Below, piece by piece: positions 56,273 to 64,000 of a DNA stretch of 64,000 nucleotides (the first letter of the stretch is position 1; each line of letters begins with the position of its first letter). The stretch is taken from NCBI GenBank assembly GCA_009691045.1, contig SHWC01000001.1:20985-84984 (forward strand). Direction: 5' to 3'. The notes under the pieces were generated by a model, which saw nothing but the letters and a program-made list of their open reading frames with translations, searched no databases and was not told where the DNA came from. This DNA is from Alphaproteobacteria bacterium (GTDB taxonomy: Bacteria; Pseudomonadota; Alphaproteobacteria; UBA828). The position numbers and the translations under genes were made by a program.

Positions 56273-57388
56273 ATGTTCGCCTATATCATCCGCCGTCTGC
56301 TGCTGATCATTCCGACGCTGTTCGGGATCATGGTGATCAATTTCGCGATCATCCAGGTGGCGCCGGGCGGCCCGGTCGAGCAATTGATCGCCAAGCTCAC
56401 CGGCACCGCGGTCGAGGCAACCGCGCGCATTGGCGGCTCATCGGGCGCTGAAGTGTCGGGCGCGCAAAATGCCGCCGGCGCCAACGCGGCCGCCGAGGCG
56501 AATAGCAAATATCGCGGCGCGCGCGGCCTGCCGCCCAATTTAATCAAGGACATCGAGAAGCTTTATGGCTTCGACAAGCCGGTGCATGAGCGCTTCTTTC
56601 AGATGCTCGGGCAATATGTTCGCTTCGATTTCGGCAAGAGCTTCTTCCGCGATCGCCGCGTGGTCGACCTCGTGCTCGATAAAATGCCGGTGTCGATCTC
56701 GCTTGGGCTGTGGACGACGATTCTCACCTATCTCGTGTGCATTCCGCTCGGCATCAGAAAGGCGGTCAGGGATGGCACGCGCTTCGATTTATGGACCAGC
56801 ACGGTCGTCGCCATTGGCTATTCGATCCCGAGCTTCCTGTTTGCAATTGTTTTGGTCGTGCTGTTCGCGGGCGGATCCTATCTCGATTGGTTTCCGTTGC
56901 GCGGCATTGTCTCGCCGAATTGGAGCGAGCTTTCGCTCCTCGGCAAGATCGGCGATTATTTTTGGCATCTGATCTTGCCGATCACCGCCATGATGATCGG
57001 CGGTTTCGCCACGCTGACCATGTTGACCAAGAATTCCTTCTTGGAGGAGATCAACAAGCAATATGTCATCACGGCGCGGGCCAAGGGATTGGCCGAGCGG
57101 CGCGTGCTTTACGGTCATGTCTTTCGTAATGCGATGCTGATCATCGTCGCCGGCGCGCCGGCCTCGTTCATCGGAATTTTGTTCACAAGCTCGCTTTTGA
57201 TCGAGGTGATTTTTTCGCTCGATGGGCTTGGGCTGTTGGGTTTCGAGGCGCTGATCGGGCGCGATTATCCGATTATTTTCGGCACGCTGTTCTTTTTCAC
57301 TCTGCTCGGTCTTGTGGTGAAACTGATCGGCGATTTGACCTATGTGCTGGTCGATCCACGGATCGATTTCGACAGGCGACGGGTGTAG
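56273..57388 (+). CDS. yejB: microcin C / peptide ABC transporter permease YejB
   Basis: 371 aa, starting MFAYIIRRLLLIIPTLFGIMVINFAIIQ, with the binding-protein-dependent transport permease fold. Confidence 0.88.
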   Translation: MFAYIIRRLLLIIPTLFGIMVINFAIIQVAPGGPVEQLIAKLTGTAVEATARIGGSSGAEVSGAQNAAGANAAAEANSKYRGARGLPPNLIKDIEKLYGFDKPVHERFFQMLGQYVRFDFGKSFFRDRRVVDLVLDKMPVSISLGLWTTILTYLVCIPLGIRKAVRDGTRFDLWTSTVVAIGYSIPSFLFAIVLVVLFAGGSYLDWFPLRGIVSPNWSELSLLGKIGDYFWHLILPITAMMIGGFATLTMLTKNSFLEEINKQYVITARAKGLAERRVLYGHVFRNAMLIIVAGAPASFIGILFTSSLLIEVIFSLDGLGLLGFEALIGRDYPIIFGTLFFFTLLGLVVKLIGDLTYVLVDPRIDFDRRRV

Positions 57389-57391
57389 GCC

Positions 57392-58441
57392 ATGAGCAGG
57401 CGGATCCTGGGGCTCAAACTGAGGCCGTTGACGGTCCGGCGCTGGCGCAATTTCAGGGCCAATCGGCGCGGCTTTATTTCGCTCTGGGTTTTTCTTGTTC
57501 TGTTCGTGCTCAGTCTATTCGCCGAGCTCTTGGCGAACGACAAGCCGCTGGTCGTTTCCTATGACGGCGCGCTCTATTTTCCGTTCGTCATCACCTACCC
57601 TGAGACCGCCTTTGGCGGCGATTTCGAGACCGAGGCGGATTATCGCGACCCGGTGGTCAAGCAATTGATCGACGATAAAGGCTGGGTGCTGTGGCCGGCG
57701 ATTCCCTATAGCTACCGCACGATCAATTACAATCTCGACGTGCCCGCGCCGGCGCCACCGTCGGACGTGAACCTCCTCGGCACCGATGATCAGGGGCGCG
57801 ATGTGTTGGCGCGGTTGATCTATGGCTTTCGCATTTCGGTGCTGTTTGGGTTGGTGCTCACGGTGCTCTCATCGATCATCGGCATCGCGGCGGGCGCGGT
57901 GCAGGGCTTCTTCGGCGGTTGGATCGATCTCGGCTTTCAACGCTTCATCGAAATTTGGTCGGGCCTGCCGCAGCTTTTTCTCCTGATCATTCTCGCCAGC
58001 ATCATCGAGCCCTCGTTCTGGCTGCTGCTGGGCTTGATGCTGTTGTTCAGCTGGATGGGGTTGGTTGACGTGGTGCGCGCTGAATTTTTCCGCGTGCGAA
58101 ATTTCGACTATATCCGCGCGGCGCGCGCCCTTGGCGTGCGCGATAGCGCCATCATCATTCGCCATGCGTTGCCGAATGCGATGGTCTCCGCGCTGACCTT
58201 TTTGCCGTTCATTCTGAATGGCTCGATCACCACGCTGACCGCGCTCGACTTTCTGGGTTTCGGTCTGCCGCCGGGTTCGCCATCGCTGGGTGAGTTGCTG
58301 CAACAGGGTAAAGCCAATTTGCAGGCACCTTGGCTTGGCTTCACCGGCTTTTTCGTGCTCGCGATCATGCTGACCTTGATGATTTTCATCGGCGAGGCGA
58401 TCCGCGATGCCTTCGACCCGCGAAAGCTGACGGCGCGATGA
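57392..58441 (+). CDS. yejE: peptide ABC transporter permease YejE
   Basis: 349 aa. It is the second permease of the operon and has an EAA-loop region (IRAARALGVRDSAIIIRHALPNA). Confidence 0.88.
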   Translation: MSRRILGLKLRPLTVRRWRNFRANRRGFISLWVFLVLFVLSLFAELLANDKPLVVSYDGALYFPFVITYPETAFGGDFETEADYRDPVVKQLIDDKGWVLWPAIPYSYRTINYNLDVPAPAPPSDVNLLGTDDQGRDVLARLIYGFRISVLFGLVLTVLSSIIGIAAGAVQGFFGGWIDLGFQRFIEIWSGLPQLFLLIILASIIEPSFWLLLGLMLLFSWMGLVDVVRAEFFRVRNFDYIRAARALGVRDSAIIIRHALPNAMVSALTFLPFILNGSITTLTALDFLGFGLPPGSPSLGELLQQGKANLQAPWLGFTGFFVLAIMLTLMIFIGEAIRDAFDPRKLTAR

Positions 58442-60066
58442 ACCCGCCCTTCCTTCAGGTGCGCGATCTGGCGGTCAGCTTCCGTTCGGGCGAGCGGGAG
58501 CACGTTGCGGTCGATGGCGTGTCGTTCGAGATCGCGAAGGGCGAGACGCTGGCGCTAGTCGGTGAATCGGGCTCGGGCAAATCGGTCAGCGCGCTGTCGA
58601 TTTTGCAGCTTTTGCCTTATCCGGCGGCGCGTCACTCGCGCGGCAGTATTTTGGTCGAGGGACGCGAGATGATCGGCGCACCCGAGCGCGATTTGCGGCG
58701 CGTGCGCGGCAATCGCGTCGCCATGATTTTCCAAGAGCCGATGACCTCGCTCAACCCGCTCCACACCATCGGCAGGCAGATCGCGGAGGTGCTGATTCTG
58801 CACCGCGCCGTGGCAAAGCCCGAGGCCTGGAAGCGCGCGCAGACCTTGCTCGAAATGGTGGGCTTGAGCGACGCGGCGCGGCGGTTGAAAGCCTTTCCGC
58901 ACGAACTTTCCGGCGGTCAGCGCCAGCGCGTGATGATCGCCATGGCGCTGGCGAACGAGCCCGATTTGTTGATCGCCGATGAGCCGACCACGGCGGTCGA
59001 TGTCACCATCCAGGCGCAAATCCTGAAGCTTCTGGGGGAGATGCAGCGACGCAACGGCATGGCGGTGTTGTTGATCACCCATGATCTCAACATCGTGCGT
59101 CATGTCTCGAACCGCGTCTGCGTGATGAAGGACGGCAAGATCGTCGAGACGGGTGAAACCGCCGCTTTGTTCGCCGCGCCGAAACATCCCTATACGCAAA
59201 TGCTGCTGGCGGCCGAGCCCAAGGGCAATCCGCTCAAATCCGATTTCTCATCGCCGGTCATCATCGAATGTAGCGACCTCAAAGTGCATTTCCCGATCAA
59301 GGCGGGCGTGTTTCGCTCGACGGTTGGTTATGTGAAGGCGGTCGATGGCGTGACGATCACGGTGCGCGAGGGGCATACGGTCGGCATTGTGGGCGAATCG
59401 GGCTCGGGCAAGACGACGCTCGGCTTCGCGCTGCTGCGTTTGGTCAAAAGCATGGGGCGGATCGCCTTCGAGGGCACGCCGATCGAGGCTCATGGCTTTC
59501 GCGAGATGCGGCCGCTGAGAAGGCGCATGCAGGTGGTGTTCCAAGACCCCTTCTCCTCGTTGAGTCCGAGACTCTCGGTTTATGAGATCATCGCCGAAGG
59601 GCTTGAGGTTCACCGCATCGGCAAGGATGAGGCGGAGCGCCGCGCCTTGGTCGCGCAGGTGCTGGAGGAGGTCGGTCTCAACGCCACGATGCAGGACCGC
59701 TATCCGCACGAATTCTCGGGCGGTCAGCGCCAGCGTATTTCGATCGCCCGCGCGTTGGTGTTAAAGCCGCGCCTCGTCATGCTCGATGAACCGACCAGCG
59801 CGCTTGATATGTCGGTCCAGGCGCAAATCATCGATTTGCTGCGCTCGTTGCAGGATCGCTATCGGCTGGCCTATCTCTTCATCAGCCATGATCTGCGCGT
59901 CGTGCGCGCGCTCAGCCACGATGTGGTGGTGCTGAAAGACGGCGTCGTGGTCGAGCAGGGGCCATCGGCCGAGGTGTTCGACAATCCCAAGACCGCCTAT
60001 ACGCGCGCCCTCATGGCGGCGGCGTTTGAGCTAAGAGCGGTTGAGGGAGGAGTGGTCAAAACATGA
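58438..60066 (+). CDS. yejF: peptide ABC transporter ATP-binding protein YejF (two fused ATPase domains)
   Basis: Two Walker A motifs ([16 protein letters not shown]) and two ABC signatures ([16 protein letters not shown]). ATG 58438 overlaps the yejE stop. Confidence 0.92.
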   Translation: MNPPFLQVRDLAVSFRSGEREHVAVDGVSFEIAKGETLALVGESGSGKSVSALSILQLLPYPAARHSRGSILVEGREMIGAPERDLRRVRGNRVAMIFQEPMTSLNPLHTIGRQIAEVLILHRAVAKPEAWKRAQTLLEMVGLSDAARRLKAFPHELSGGQRQRVMIAMALANEPDLLIADEPTTAVDVTIQAQILKLLGEMQRRNGMAVLLITHDLNIVRHVSNRVCVMKDGKIVETGETAALFAAPKHPYTQMLLAAEPKGNPLKSDFSSPVIIECSDLKVHFPIKAGVFRSTVGYVKAVDGVTITVREGHTVGIVGESGSGKTTLGFALLRLVKSMGRIAFEGTPIEAHGFREMRPLRRRMQVVFQDPFSSLSPRLSVYEIIAEGLEVHRIGKDEAERRALVAQVLEEVGLNATMQDRYPHEFSGGQRQRISIARALVLKPRLVMLDEPTSALDMSVQAQIIDLLRSLQDRYRLAYLFISHDLRVVRALSHDVVVLKDGVVVEQGPSAEVFDNPKTAYTRALMAAAFELRAVEGGVVKT

Positions 60067-60075
60067 TTCCTCTTC

Positions 60076-60149
60076 GTCATTGCCGGGCTTGACCCGGCAA
60101 TCCAGTCTTTTGAAGAAGCCTGGATGCGCGGATCAAGTCCGCGCATGAC
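60076..60149. repeat. palindromic REP/MITE-like element, family 1, inverted orientation, in the yejF/dapE convergent spacer
   Basis: GTCATTGCCGGGCTTGACCCGGCAATCCAGTCTTTTGAAGAAGCCTGGATGCGCGGATCAAGTCCGCGCATGAC. It matches the reverse complement of the 19861 and 24237 copies. Confidence 0.88.
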
Positions 60150-60176
60150 GAAAAAAATAGTAGCGGCGTGAGTCGA

Positions 60177-61352
60177 TCAACTTCCCGCGAAAAAGCCTTC
60201 AAGCACGCTTTGATAGATGCACGTCAACCCGTCGAGGTCGGCGAGGTTTACGCGTTCATCGACCTTGTGCATGGTCTGGCTGACCAGGCCGAATTCGGCG
60301 ACCGGACAATAATCCTTGATGAAGCGCGCGTCCGACGTGCCGCCGGTGGTCGAGAGTTCGGGCTTGAGCCCCGTGACGCTTTCGGCCGCGCGCGCGATCA
60401 GGCTCGAGAGCGGGCCGGGCGGAGTCAGGAACGCTTCGCCCGAGACCTGTATCGTCAGCTCATAGGCACCGCCGACCGCATCAAATTCGTGGCGCAGCCA
60501 GGCTTCGAGGCTCTTTCCGGTGTGGCGATCATTGAAGCGGATGTTGAAGGCCGCGCGCGCTTCGCCCGGAATCACATTGGTTGCCAGATTGCCGACATCG
60601 ACCGACGTGATTTGCAGATTCGAGGGCTGAAAATGCACGGTGCCGTCATCGAGCGTGGTCTCGCTCATCACGCGCAGCATGCGCAACAGGCGTGGCACGG
60701 GGTTGTCCGCCAAATGCGGATAGGCGGTGTGGCCTTGCACGCCGGTCACTTTGAGCCAGCCCGATAAACTGCCGCGCCGGCCGATCTTGATCATTTCACC
60801 AAGTTTGGTCGGGTTGGTTGGCTCGCCGACCAAACAGGCGTCGAATTTTTCGCCGCGTTCGGTCAGCGCGCGCAGCATTTTTTTTGTGCCATTGATCGAG
60901 GGGCCTTCTTCATCGCCCGTGATCAGCAGCGAGATCGAGCCCTTGAGTTTTTGACCGCCGTTCTTCACGCGCGCGACCGCCGCGATAAAGGCCGCGATCG
61001 CGCCCTTCATGTCGGCGGCACCGCGACCATAAAGCGCGCCGCCCGCGACGCTCGCGCCGAAGGGATCGACCGTCCAGCGCGCGCGGTCGCCGACCGGCAC
61101 GACATCGCTATGGCCGGCGAAGCAAAAATTCGGCGCGGCGGTACCTAGGCGCGCATAGAGATTATCGATATCGGGTGTGCCGGGTTCGGCAAAGGGCAGG
61201 CGGGTGCAGAGAAAGCCGAGCGACTCTAGCGCACGCTGCAACACATCGAGCGTGCCGCCATCGGCCGGTGTCACGCTCTGACAGCGAATCAGCTCTTGCG
61301 CGAGCGCGAGCGGCTCGGCGAGTGCGTTCGCGGCCATATTATTGGCAGACAT
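60177..61352 (-). CDS. dapE: succinyl-diaminopimelate desuccinylase
   Basis: 391 aa of the M20 peptidase family, with [18 protein letters not shown] and ITGDEEG. Confidence 0.93.
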   Translation of the reverse strand: MSANNMAANALAEPLALAQELIRCQSVTPADGGTLDVLQRALESLGFLCTRLPFAEPGTPDIDNLYARLGTAAPNFCFAGHSDVVPVGDRARWTVDPFGASVAGGALYGRGAADMKGAIAAFIAAVARVKNGGQKLKGSISLLITGDEEGPSINGTKKMLRALTERGEKFDACLVGEPTNPTKLGEMIKIGRRGSLSGWLKVTGVQGHTAYPHLADNPVPRLLRMLRVMSETTLDDGTVHFQPSNLQITSVDVGNLATNVIPGEARAAFNIRFNDRHTGKSLEAWLRHEFDAVGGAYELTIQVSGEAFLTPPGPLSSLIARAAESVTGLKPELSTTGGTSDARFIKDYCPVAEFGLVSQTMHKVDERVNLADLDGLTCIYQSVLEGFFAGS

Positions 61353-61363
61353 GATTTCGACGT

Positions 61364-61509
61364 CCCTCTCCGCCCTCGGGGGCGGAGAGGGTCAGGGTGA
61401 GGTGGGGCATGGCCGTCGCCTGCGAAAAATGGTCGAGCTTCATCCTCGATCCCCACCTCTCCCGGCGCGCAGATGCGCGCCACCCTCTCCGCCCCGCCGG
61501 CGGAGAGGG
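61364..61509. repeat. composite family-3 palindromic elements filling the dapE-dapD spacer
   Basis: Contains four paired structures. Hairpin CCCTCTCCGCCC-TCGG-GGGCGGAGAGGG is at 61364-61391. GAGGTGGGG (61399-61407) is inverted against CCCCACCTC (61451-61459). GGCGCGC-AGAT-GCGCGCC is at 61464-61481. Hairpin CCCTCTCCGCC-CCGCC-GGCGGAGAGGG is at 61483-61509. Confidence 0.85.
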
Positions 61510-61544
61510 GTGATGCGACGTGGCGTGATGGGAGAGAGCAGCCA

Positions 61545-62405
61545 TTAGCTCCTCAACAGTTCGTTGATCGAGGTCTTGGCGCGGGTTTTTTCATCGACGC
61601 GTTTGACGATCACGGCGCAATAGAGGCTCGGGTCATCATTGCGCGCGTTGGTCGATTTGCTCGGCATGGTCCCTGAGACCACGACCGAATAAGCCGGCAC
61701 GCGGCCATAGTGAATCTCACCGGTCGCGCGATCGACAATGCGGGTCGAGGCGCCGAGATAAACGCCCATCGAGAGCACCGAGCCGGTTTCGACGATGACG
61801 CCCTCGGCGACTTCGGCGCGCGCCCCGATGAAGCAGCCATCCTCGATGATCACGGGCGCGGCCTGCAGTGGTTCAAGCACGCCGCCAATGCCGGCGCCGC
61901 CCGAGATATGACAATTCTTGCCGATCTGCGCACAGGAGCCGACCGTGGCCCAGGTATCGATCATGGTGCCGGACGCGACATAGGCGCCGACATTGACGAA
62001 GCTCGGCATCAGAACGACGCCCGGCGAGATGAAGGCCGAGCGGCGCACCACGGCGCCCGGCACGGCGCGAAAGCCGGCGGCGCGAAAGCGCGCCTCATCC
62101 CAGAAGGCGAATTTGGACGGCACTTTGTCGAACCACGCGGTGTTCTCGCCGGGGCCGCCCGGAATCAGCGTGTTGTCATTCAGCCGGAAGGAAAGCAGCA
62201 CCGCTTTTTTGAGCCATTCATGGACGCGCCAGCCATTGGCGCTCGGCTCGGCGACGCGGAATTTGCCTGAATCGAGCGCATCGAGCGCGGCATTCACCGC
62301 CTCGCGTGATTTGCCCGTGGTGGCGGGCGAAAGCGTATCGCGCTTGTCCCAGGAATCGTTGATGGCGGCTTCAAGTTCGGCGGCGTTCACGGCGGTCCCT
62401 CTCAA
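61545..62405 (-). CDS. dapD: 2,3,4,5-tetrahydropyridine-2,6-dicarboxylate N-succinyltransferase
   Basis: 286 aa with left-handed beta-helix hexapeptide repeats ([40 protein letters not shown]) and a DapD-type N-terminal domain. Confidence 0.93.
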   Translation of the reverse strand: MRGTAVNAAELEAAINDSWDKRDTLSPATTGKSREAVNAALDALDSGKFRVAEPSANGWRVHEWLKKAVLLSFRLNDNTLIPGGPGENTAWFDKVPSKFAFWDEARFRAAGFRAVPGAVVRRSAFISPGVVLMPSFVNVGAYVASGTMIDTWATVGSCAQIGKNCHISGGAGIGGVLEPLQAAPVIIEDGCFIGARAEVAEGVIVETGSVLSMGVYLGASTRIVDRATGEIHYGRVPAYSVVVSGTMPSKSTNARNDDPSLYCAVIVKRVDEKTRAKTSINELLRS

Positions 62406-62444
62406 TCAATAGTGGCGGCTAAGTTAGCGGGGGAGACCGGCCTG

Positions 62445-63155
62445 TCAATTGCCGCCTGGTTTCGTGCCGTGGCCGTTCACCAGCGTCTCAAGCCAAATCG
62501 GCAAATCATCGGTCGTGTAATCAGCGTCATGCTGCTCGGCGCCCCAGGACGACCACTCGTCATCATGGCGGACCCAAATCGTCGTCATGCCGAGTTCCGC
62601 GGCCGGGGTGAGGTTGCGCGCGATGTCCTCGAAAAACGCACTGCGCGCGGGCGTTACCGCGTGGCGCTCGATCAAGGTGGCGTAGGCTTCAGGAAATGGC
62701 TTCGGTACGAAGCGCGCGGCGGCGATATCGTATATGTCCTCGAAATGATGGCGCAGCCCGAGCCGCGCCATGACGCGCTCGGCATAGGGCACGTCGGCGT
62801 TGGTAAAGATGAGCTTGCGCCCCTCGAGCTTGCCCAAGGCCCGTTCCAGCCGATCGGCAGGTTCGAGGATCGAGAAATCGATGTCGTGGACATAATCGAG
62901 ATATTCCTCGGGCGCCAAATTGTGCTCGAGCATGAGCCCGCGCAAGGTCGTGCCATGGGCTTTGAAATAGGCCTTTTGGATGCGCTTGGCCTCGCCATGG
63001 TCGACGCCGAAAAAACGCCGGATGAACTCGCCAATGCGCACGTCGATTTGGTCAAACAGCCGGCAACGCGCCGGATAGAGCGTGTTGTCGAGGTCGAAAA
63101 TCCAGGTATCGATGCCGGCGAGCGCGCCGGGCGCGGGCGGGTTGGTGTTTGGCAT
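62445..63155 (-). CDS. HAD-superfamily hydrolase, pyrimidine 5'-nucleotidase-like
   Basis: 236 aa, with HAD motif I WIFDLDNTLY and a C-terminal FFEDIARNL (motif IV region). Confidence 0.8.
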   Translation of the reverse strand: MPNTNPPAPGALAGIDTWIFDLDNTLYPARCRLFDQIDVRIGEFIRRFFGVDHGEAKRIQKAYFKAHGTTLRGLMLEHNLAPEEYLDYVHDIDFSILEPADRLERALGKLEGRKLIFTNADVPYAERVMARLGLRHHFEDIYDIAAARFVPKPFPEAYATLIERHAVTPARSAFFEDIARNLTPAAELGMTTIWVRHDDEWSSWGAEQHDADYTTDDLPIWLETLVNGHGTKPGGN

Positions 63156-63303
63156 GGCGGCAATTTAGGGGTTCGCGGCGGGAGTTCCTAGCGCCCAAAT
63201 CTTGAACGGCGAAAATCCCCTGGAGAAAATACAACCTCCGGTTTCATCGCCGTGTTAACATTGGGCAAAATTCGCCTTACGCTTTGTTAAGCGCGGCCGG
63301 TGC

Positions 63304-63600
63304 GTGGTCACCGTCGGGTGGGGTCGCGATGGCGGCCTAACAGTAGCGGTCTCCGACAATGGGATAGGCATGGCCGAGAAGGACTTTGCCACCGCGCTCG
63401 CGCCGTTTGGCCAGGTCGATAGCAAGCTGAGCCGTCTCTATGATGGGACCGGGCTTGGGTTGCCAATCGTAAAGGCGTTCATCGAATTGCATGGTGGGCG
63501 GCTGCGTCTTGAAAGCGAGCCGGGCAAAGGAACGACCGCCTCATTGGACTTTCCGGCGCATCGGTTGCGCGGCGGGTCACGGTTGGCCGCAGCGGGTTAG
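63304..63600 (+). pseudogene. orphan C-terminal fragment of a histidine kinase ATPase domain (HATPase_c remnant)
   Basis: 98-aa GTG-initiated ORF carrying only the distal ATP-lid motifs: G1 SDNGIGM, F-box PFGQV, G2 GTGLGLPIVK and ...GKGTTASLDFP. No H-box, N-box or sensor region exists in the 148-bp spacer upstream. Confidence 0.5.
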
Positions 63601-63616
63601 CGCGCGCGACGACGCG

Positions 63617-64000
63617 TCAACGCACGATCATCGTACCCAGGCCATGCTCGGTGAAAATCTCGAGCAAGAGCACATGAGGGATGCGTCCATCGAGGATGTG
63701 CGCGGCCTGGGCGCCGTCTGCCAACGCGGCCAGGCAGGTTTCAAGTTTTGGGATCATGCCGCCGGTGGCCACGCCGCTGCGGAGTAATTCCTTTGCTTCG
63801 GCGGCGGTCATTTGACTGATCAATTTTTTGTTTTGATCGAGCACACCGGCGACATCGGTCAACATCACGAGCTTCGAGGCGTTGGTCGCGGCGGCAATCG
63901 CACCGGCCGCGGTATCGGCATTGATGTTGAGCGTTTCGCCACTTGGGCCGGCGCCGGTTGGCGCGATGACGGGAATGATATGCGATTGCTCAAACAACTT
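63617..64000 (-). CDS. argB: acetylglutamate kinase, C-terminal part (5' end lies outside the window)
   Basis: The ORF runs off the 3' edge of the window. It shows amino-acid-kinase signatures NINADTAAGAIA and TGGMIPKLE. Confidence 0.88.
   Translation of the reverse strand, partial: KLFEQSHIIPVIAPTGAGPSGETLNINADTAAGAIAAATNASKLVMLTDVAGVLDQNKKLISQMTAAEAKELLRSGVATGGMIPKLETCLAALADGAQAAHILDGRIPHVLLLEIFTEHGLGTMIVR

Noticed and set aside
63255-63290. TTAA-containing motifs (GTTAACATTGGGCAAAA … TTGTTAAG) as CtrA boxes upstream of the kinase remnant.
   Set aside because: The spacing does not fit TTAA-N7-TTAA. Only isolated half-sites are present.

Overview
This is a 64-kb, high-GC stretch of chromosomal core genome. 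Gene content and order point to an Alphaproteobacterium, probably Hyphomicrobiales- or Rhodospirillales-like; I cannot narrow this without a database search.

About 60 protein-coding genes fall into conserved blocks:
- obg-proB-proA-nadD-rsfS-rlmH
- gpmI-envC-ctpA-yibQ-like-rppH
- priA and the F1 ATP synthase operon atpHAGDC
- tal and xerC
- a roughly 12.6-kb TCA-cycle supercluster on the minus strand, sdhCDAB-mdh-sucCDAB-lpdA
- asd-leuB-leuD-leuC
- rplS-trmD-rimM-rpsP-ffh
- dapF-mtaB-ftsY
- a yejA-yejA-yejB-yejE-yejF peptide ABC importer
- dapE-dapD, then a HAD nucleotidase, then the 3' part of argB

I found no rRNA, tRNA, CRISPR array, transposase or phage gene.

Accessory or unusual content:
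- Two type II toxin-antitoxin cassettes: higBA on an AT-richer islet next to xerC, and phd-vapC next to ffh. Each has a near-consensus promoter I could read directly.
- Three families of short palindromic (REP/MITE-like) repeats scattered in spacers, including spacers inside core operons.
- Gene decay confined to signalling and TPR genes: a hybrid histidine kinase and a TPR-glycosyltransferase-like gene each carry an in-frame TAG, the latter also has a homopolymer frameshift, and there is an orphan HATPase_c remnant.
- A two-gene module with its own promoter, made of an acyl-ACP-desaturase-like di-iron protein and an uncharacterised, internally duplicated 174-aa protein.

The most unusual observation is that xerC stays one open frame but carries about 115 extra codons. 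These are built from three copies of the same palindromic repeat family found in intergenic spacers, which resembles the in-frame palindromic elements of Rickettsia.

I did not find a convincing new multi-gene system such as a defence island. The candidates below are modest and labelled as such.
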